A DNA stretch of 64,000 bases from Octopus vulgaris (Eukaryota): contig OX597826.1 in assembly GCA_951406725.2 (NCBI GenBank), forward strand, positions 6,138,001 to 6,202,000. Reading direction: 5' to 3'. Made by a program: the position numbers and the translations under genes. Positions 56,241-64,000 of the stretch are shown piece by piece. Below the pieces are notes generated by a model. That model was not told where the DNA came from, ran no database searches, and saw only the letters and a program-made list of their open reading frames with translations. Each line of letters begins with the position of its first letter. Position 1 is the stretch's first letter.

Positions 56241-57618
56241 TACAGTTACAGAGAATACTAATATTCTCTTTCAAATAATAATAATAATAATAATAATTTC
56301 AGCAATAAACCTTTTTATTAATATAAAAATCAGGATTGTTTAAGGAATTTCAGTCTACCATATTATTTTCCTGCAATATAATCGAGTTTTATATTATTAG
56401 GAGACAACCTTTACTTGACAACCAACTTCAATCCGAGAATATGAACGTAGAACCTAGTAAATTTAGACACCAGACTAAATACTGGGAATTGTTAAATCTC
56501 TACTTGTCCATTTCTTTCAGCTTGCTGCTGCTCATAATAATAATACTAAATGAAGATACTAATTTCAAATGTCAATTAGACAAAATCGCCTCCGTTAAAT
56601 GTATGTTATTGTCTGAGCGCTTCACACGATAATTGCAATGGCAATGTTCAACTTCGCTCGCTGTACCAGCCACGACTAACTTTGTCACAACCTAATGAGC
56701 AGCAGAGTGAAAAATTCTGTGATCAAAAATCTTTAGATCACTTATTAAGGTAGGATAGAAGGAAAGGAAAAAGTGGTTAGAGTGTAATTAACGACCTGCC
56801 AACGAGAAAATACCTGCTGCTTAATCATGCGAAACGCAGCACCAGATCGGCAGCAGCTCCTAATTATGAGGTTAATAAAGGAATCAGTGAAGTCAGGCAT
56901 ATTTTAGTGCATCACCGTAAATTATATGAAAGAAATTGGGAACGATGTTAAGGACTATGTGGCCAATAACGCACGTTTATTATAATCTCTGCTATCCTTA
57001 TTGAGGTATAGGATGTTTGACGGAGTGTATATTTAAGGATTGGATTCTTATATACATATGTGTGTGTGTGGGAGTGTGTAGTGATTAATTTTCATTGGAA
57101 AAGCGAATAAAATTGAAGGTATAATTACCTAAATCATATAAAGAATATAACGAAATATCACGCACAATCGCTATCTGTAATAAACATATTATTAAGTCAG
57201 TTAAGGATGAGAACTGATATATTATATATCCCTTGTGTGTATGTATGTATATATGTATGTACATGTATATGTATATATATATATAAGGGGAGAAGGTGGA
57301 GAAAGTTATATATATGTATATATATATACAGAGAGTCAGACAGATAGACATACATACAGACAGAGTGAGAAAGAAACATAAATATATGAAAGTGTGTGCT
57401 CGTTCCAGCTTGTGTATACACGTACATACTGTACTTAAAATATGTAGATGTGTATACATGGAAATTTTTATGCCTAACGTTTCATGTGTGCGTGGTTTTC
57501 TTCACTATAACAGTATGCCTGCATGTGTCTGTCACTCTCCTTTCATTACACGTGAAATATATATTATATATATATATATATATATAAGCATGTATGCACA
57601 CACACACACACGTATACA

Positions 57619-57650
<32 letters not shown>

Positions 57651-57974
57651 CACATATATATATATATATATGTTCAAGTACGAATTAGAAGCAGCCCGAT
57701 GTATATACGCAAAATCGTACACACATACACATTTTATGCCACAGAGAATATATTCTCAATGTGTCTGGTGTTAAACACACCTGAAAGTAAGTTATAAACA
57801 AGCAAGAAGGAACATGATGTCAATTGTCCCACTTGCCTATGACTTTCTGGTGTTTCTAACGCAAGGCGTATTTAGATTATATACCCATACGCCTATAACT
57901 CAGCCGATCCACGAAGTAACAGAACACAGACTTTGGGTAAATATGTTCGATTTTTTTCATACATACATACACCC

Positions 57975-58300
57975 TTCGGACATGACTGACCGTGCGATTG
58001 CACCTAGAAATTTACCCTGCCAGGCACAAATCCGGGCAAGGTTGTTTATGGAAAACCAGCAGTCGCCCATTCATACCGCCTCCCCTTTCCATGCCACCAG
58101 TGTTATCCAAGGGAATGGCAACAGCAGATACAGCTTGGTACCTGTGACGTCGCAACTCATTTGTACAGCTGAGTGAACTAGAGCAACGTGAAATAGAGTG
58201 TCTTGCTCAAGAACACAACACGAAGCCCGGTCCAGGATTCGAACTCACAACCTCGCGATCGTAAAGTCGACGCTGTAACCACTAAGCCATGTGCCTTCAC
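57975..58300 (-). mobile_element. tRNA-derived SINE (family D) with a probable LINE-derived tail
   Basis: Minus-strand head gtgaaggcacatggcttagtggttacagcg...gagttcgaatcctgg contains Pol III A box (tggcttagtgg) and B box (gttcgaatcc). Confidence 0.75.
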
Positions 58301-58315
58301 ATACATAGTATACAT

Positions 58316-58364
<49 letters not shown>

Positions 58365-58367
<3 letters not shown>

Positions 58368-58596
58368 CTTTACTACCCATAAGGGGATAAACACAGAGGG
58401 GACAAACAAGGACAGACAAAGGGATTAAGTCGATTCCATCGGCCCCAGTGCGTAACTGGTACTTAATTTATCGACTCCGAAAGGATGAAAGGCAAAGTCG
58501 ACCTCGGCGGAATTTGAACTCAGAATGTAACGGCAGACGAAATACGGCTACGCATTTCACCCGGCGTGCTACCGTTTCTGCCAGCTCGCCGCCTTC
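58365..58596 (-). mobile_element. Family B SINE, full length, in (TA)n
   Basis: Head aaggcggcgagctggcagaa...gagttcaaattcc (A/B-box-like), conserved core, and tail ...gggtagtaaagaaa. Confidence 0.88.
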
Positions 58597-58860
<264 letters not shown>

Positions 58861-59284
58861 TATATGTATGTATGTATGTATGTATATACACATTTCAGTT
58901 CTTCACATATACATACATACATATATACATATTTCTCTTAGAACAACGCTACCCTTTCATTCAACGTATCATTTACAAAATTTGCTGATCTGAACTCATC
59001 CCAGAAAGCATATGTGATTTTCAAGTTTCGGGGTTGAAATTCAGGAAAAGTGAAGTTGAAAGAATGCTAGTTGCAATTACGTGTCATTAACGAAGAAGTA
59101 TTAGTGTCAAGTTCAAAATCACTGTTAGTTAATAACTTAACACTCTATAATTTTCTTTCGCTAATTTTCTTTTAATTTTTCATCAGGCGTTTTCTTCTGC
59201 AGACATGTTCTGTCATTATTTAAATTTTCTCTTATTTAAATTTTCTCTCTTATTTAAATTTTACACTTCTTGTTTTCTCTCTTC

Positions 59285-59342
<58 letters not shown>

Positions 59343-59519
59343 CTCGCCCCATTTATCTATGATACACTTGTCACACTTTACTGCTTACAATTATTCATAC
59401 ATATCTTTGAAATGATAGAGTATTCTTTAGTATAAGGAGATGAAATGCACACCTTTAAATATAAGACCATCAGTTAAAGCTTACTACGATCATTGTATAC
59501 AAATGTTTCTTCTCTCATG

Positions 59520-61005
59520 AGCACAGACCACGACCAAGAACAAAAGTTTAGCAGTTGAAATGACAGGTGACTACGTGAAGGTCTTTCAGCTACGTTCTTC
59601 AGTCCATCCACTGATTATATTGGGAGGTCGAAGGTCTCCGTTATAGCAGTATATTTAGTAAGACAAATAAGACCACGACTATTTATGACCGTCTACTTCG
59701 CACTCTTCCCTCATACTGTCCAATGTCTCTTTTATTATAGTGACTACGACATACCACTCGTATGTAGGGGTGAAGAGAAGTAGGAGTGAAGAGAAGTAGG
59801 AGTGAAGAGAAGTAGAAGTCGGAGCAAGAGTGGAAATTTGGGTGGGAAGAAGTAGGAGAGAGGGGGAGAGAGGCAACGGGAGGAGGTTATATGAAGAGGG
59901 GAGGAGTTGAGCCCAAAAGGCGTAAAGGAGCGAACAGAGAAGATTAATCCATGTTCACGGCGCAAACGGGAGTCATGATGGCCTCTGTGCAAGGACAATC
60001 CGAATTCGGACAGGTGTTACAAAGCGTGGACCGGTAGAGCGGACATGGCGTGAGACCGGGTTATCATTGCCGAGGCGAATGTCTCGGAGGTGTTTCGCGA
60101 ACCGATATACAGAGAATGGCAGAGAGAGCAGGGGATGCAATAGATGATATTGGTGGAGGTGCAAGTAAAGGAGTCGGTGATACGATAGGATTGATGATGG
60201 GTGCCAGTGAGGAGGGTGGCGTTGGAGAAGTAAGGGCAAGTGCGGCAGCGTGGGCGGGAGCAGGGGAACGAGCCAGGTTGGGAGGTATGGTTGGGGAAGA
60301 AGCTGTGGACCAAGAGGCCTTGTAGGTTGTGGGTTTGTTTGAAGGAGGGGAGGGGTCGGTAATGGAAGATGTGTGAAGTGAACGGGTCAGACTGGAGGTG
60401 CCGGAAAGGTCGCAGAATGGTGCGTTGGAGAGGTAGAGTGGTGGGGTGGTAGGTGAGGGAAAAAGGGAGGCGGGAGACTGCAGGGCAGGGTCGGTGGAGA
60501 GAGCAGAAGCACGGCCCATTGAACGTGCTCTAGCAAGGGCGGCGTGGATAGTGTTGAGGGGATATCCACGTAGGATGAAGTGGCGAGTCATGAGTTGAGA
60601 CTGAGTCTCAAAGTCATGGTCGTCACTACAGAGCCTGCGTAGACGTAGGAATTGGGAATAGGGGATGGAAAGCTTGGTGTGTTTGGGGTGGGAGAAGGAG
60701 AAGTTGAGGTATGAGTGTGAGTCTGTGTGTTTGTAGTGAATGGAGGTGGTAAGAGTGGAGTGATGAATGCTGACCGAAATGTCAAGAAAGGAGACAGAGA
60801 TGTCAGAGATAGTGCAGGAGAAGTGGAGGGCAGGATGGAAAGATTTGACGAAAGAGAGGAAGGAGTCTAGATGTTCGCGGGAGAGTGAGGTGGCACTGAT
60901 ACAGTCGTCAATATAAAGGCCATATAGTTCGGGAGTGGGACCAGTGAAATTAGAGAATATTTGGGCCTCAACATAGCCAACGAACAGGTTCGCATATTTG
61001 AGGCC
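59520..61005 (-). mobile_element. Second Penelope-like element (Neptune-like), 5'-truncated, frameshifted
   Basis: Minus-strand peptides YANLFVGYVE, YIDD, SFLDI, HYKHTDSHSYL...HP...SIPYSQFLRLRRLCS, RGYP, Cys linker PCSRPRCRTC, NIIYCIPCSLCHSLYIG, RFAKHLRDI, HV, RREHGLIFSVRSFTPFGLN; 3' UTR contains 16-bp tandem repeats (59770-59816). Confidence 0.88.
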
Positions 61006-61237
61006 CAAAATTTCGATCAACAAACAAATTAATTAACTACCATCGGTTATTTTTGTCCCTCTGAAGGTTATTCCAATCGTTAACTCTACTTACACACACA
61101 CACACACGCACACACACACACGCACACACCACACATATATATGTATGCATATATATGTAAATTTATATATATAATGTGTGTATATATATACATATATATA
61201 TATGGACACACATACATATACATATTCTGTATATCTC

Positions 61238-61458
61238 TCTTTTACTCTTTTACTTGTTTCAGTCATGTGAATGTGGCCATGCTGGAGCACCGCCTTTAGT
61301 CGATCAAATCGACTCCAGGACTTATTCTTTGTAAGCCTAGTACTTATTTTATCGGCCTCTTTTTTGCCGAACCGCTAGGTTACGGGGACATAAACACACC
61401 AGCATCGGTTGTGAAGGGGACAAACACAGACAAACACAGACACATAAAACACGCACAT

Positions 61459-61511
<53 letters not shown>

Positions 61512-61600
61512 TAAGACGAGCTTCTTTCAGTTTCCGTCTACCAAATCCACTCACAAGGCTTTGGTCGGCCCGAGGCTATAGTTGAAGACACTTTCCCAAG

Positions 61601-61602
<2 letters not shown>
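61238..61602 (-). mobile_element. Family A SINE, 5'-truncated
   Basis: Homology to the other copies. Confidence 0.85.
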
Positions 61603-61661
<59 letters not shown>

Positions 61662-61663
61662 TA

Positions 61664-61714
<51 letters not shown>

Positions 61715-63574
61715 CTGTGTGTGTGTGTGTGTCTGTGTGTGTTTGTGTATGCATATATATATACATATATACATACATACGCATATACTGAATAGATTTT
61801 TAAGCGAGTGTAGTATTTTTTCCCTTATGAAATTGAGCTGTAAATAAATGATATCTGAATAAAATAAATCTCACTGAAAAAACAAAATGCAACAGAGTCA
61901 CAATGTAGTGGGCGTGTCCACTTGCAAGAACTGACTTCTTTGTTCTATTACATTCAACTTTTCTATTGAACTACAAGTAAAGGTGTTCTATCTCATTGTG
62001 AATGCTTTCTTATTTAGTATTGATTTGAATGTAGATATCTTGCTTCTACGTATTGTATCTTAGCAGGTTTGGGTGGCAACATTTTTCCATAAATCACATG
62101 TGATGATTTAACAGCCTCCTTCATATTATACCTTTGTTTATTGAAAATGTTCTTACCTGCCTTTTTTGTGTTTTTTTTTTAAGAAAAAAAGATTACTGCT
62201 TTAGAGAATGACAATAATACTTAATGATACCTGAAATATACTTTCTCATGTGTATCTCAGTACAAACACTCCTAAAATTACTACTGCAAAATTTTGAGAA
62301 ATGAGTTGTGAACAATATAGTATTAGCTTTGTAACGTAATCTTGAAATGGAAATTTAGTAGTTTCCGAGCTTATACCACATGCACATCCAAGTCTTCCAT
62401 AAAAATAAAAGAACATGAAATATACGTACGCGACGACATAATGCTTCCAACTCACATCCATGTATTATGTCTTCAGTAACTGAATTACCCACGCACAAAC
62501 GTTGTTGTATATCCTTTTGTATAAAACTGAAATGGTTTCACTGCTTTTGTACCTTTATAGTTTGGTAGGCATACTGTCCTCTCCGTTTCAATACAGTACC
62601 AGATAATTGGCAAGGAGATATTATGATCTCATACATTCCTTAAAATTCTCTATATATTTCTTTAAAGGAAGAACCGAAATTCTTGTATAATTCAGCTTTC
62701 TCCTGTCTGATATCCGTAAAACCCTATTCAATTTCGATTTTATGTTAATTATTATTATTATTAGCGGTAAAATCACACATTCTCTTCATTTCCAATCACC
62801 CAAATTTTTTGTGTACATAGTACTAAGTACGAAAAGGCAGAATTCGCGGGGAAATTTCCTTGGTGTATACAGTGTAGAAATGAATATAACATCGACAGCA
62901 AACATGGAGGTGCCCGACGTGAAGTTGAAGTCTCAAAGTGGAAGTTTCGTTTATCCCCAGAACCATGATTACAGCATCTACTTAAACTGAAATGTGAGAA
63001 GAACTAATTGCCCAAATATAGATGCCCTCCTTCTCATAATATCCTTTTTCTCTGCGAATATCCTTCAAAACAATCAGTCATTCTAGCATAAACTCACTTT
63101 TCTACACTTCATTGAATGCATCTGTTTCTTCAACCAATCTTGGAAATACTCCAACATATAACAAATCTTCGCTCCCATTTTCGAATCACACGTTTCACCC
63201 TCCATCGTTCTTGATGATGTTAGTATTTACAGCTGCTCATACGATTTCCTTTCTAATACTCTTACTGCAGAAACCGAATCGTATGCAGTCCCGAACTCTC
63301 TACATATACTAATTTTATCCCTATCACGATAACTACTTACTATCTCAAGGACTCAATGGTACACCATGTAAACTTACTAGCCCTATCTCGACCTGTCGTA
63401 TGATATGAATTCCTAGCAATATATTATCTTGTTTCTTGCCCAATCAGAATTAGCTATGATCAATATAACACAATATATTGCATATGCCCCAGGATGTTTA
63501 TATCCGAAGCAAAACATTGTACGTTACCCAAGTAATACGTCCTTCCATTGCAAAATGCATGGCTCTTACGCCGC

Positions 63575-63890
63575 ACACGTCAGCAAGAGGTCTAGTCCAT
63601 ATCATATTTCTCTCACCATGTAATTCTATGCATTTTGCAATATCAAAGACTACATCAATGGAAGGATGTATTGATACCACATCCATTCCACTTACGACGT
63701 AGTCATTGAGGTTGCATGTGTTGTTGCATTCGCGGATCCTGCAAAGGAGGCCTTCAGAACTATCACATGCATCTGATGGTGACTCTATTAAGGAGTGTAG
63801 GTATTGTGAGAGGAAGTATGATATCTTGTGGTTGTTAGCATCGTTGGCACCACAAGGGGGACGGGTAAGTGGCCCAAGTACATGATCGTA
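63575..63890 (-). pseudogene. RT fragment of the same Naiad-like PLE family as 17243-19570
   Basis: DHVLGPLTRPPCGANDANNHKISYFLSQYL...DSSEGLLCRIRECNNTCNLNDYVVSGMDVVSIHPSID aligns with DHILGPPTRPVCGANNANNHKISYFLSQFL...DSTEDLLSRIRECNNTCDLKNHIVGSMDLVSLYPSID at ~17697-17930. Confidence 0.9.
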
Positions 63891-63894
63891 CATG

Positions 63895-64000
63895 AAATAT
63901 ATATGATGAACTAACTACTTATTCTCTCAGATGCAGCACGGAATTGTGTCTGTGAACAGGTCGCGGTTTCCAAGCGACCAAAATATTTTGACAGAATTCA
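63895..64000 (+). mobile_element. pLTR segment of the Naiad-like PLE with a second, damaged G3:C8 hammerhead motif (63941-63999)
   Basis: Homologous to 20557-20660; gaattgtgtct GUGAACA g gtcgc-ggtttccaa-gcgac CAAA auau UU tgacagaattc (G12 changed to C). Confidence 0.8.

Noticed and set aside
58225-58300. tRNA genes (also the heads at ~29320, ~30620 and ~37825)
   Set aside because: A and B boxes are present, but I could not form a complete cloverleaf and each head continues into a SINE-like body.

Overview
Eukaryotic, AT-rich, repeat-dominated non-coding DNA. The SINE families and the density of (TA)n/(AAT)n/(CATA)n microsatellites look like an Octopus or other coleoid cephalopod genome (recognised by eye, not searched). 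I can support no intact host protein-coding gene; most ORFs in the track are translations of microsatellites. Real coding signal is limited to decayed mobile elements: a ~3.5-kb Penelope-like element (PLE; RT plus C-terminal GIY-YIG, Naiad-like) at ~17.2-20.8 kb, an inverted fragment of the same family at the window end, a Neptune-like PLE at ~59.5-61.0 kb (minus), R4/Dong-like LINE relics and a DD37D (maT) transposase relic. About 20 tRNA-derived SINE copies and a 1.1-kb foldback element are also present. The main signal is a set of minimal type-I hammerhead ribozyme (HHR) motifs. The Naiad-like PLE carries one with the catalytic C3:G8 pair swapped to G3:C8 (GUGAACA), shared by two diverged copies. 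Several short non-coding, inverted-repeat elements, mostly embedded in (TA)n, carry C3:G8 or U3:A8 hammerhead cores. This suggests a PLE-driven, microsatellite-associated set of non-autonomous ribozyme elements. Element boundaries were read by eye and are approximate.
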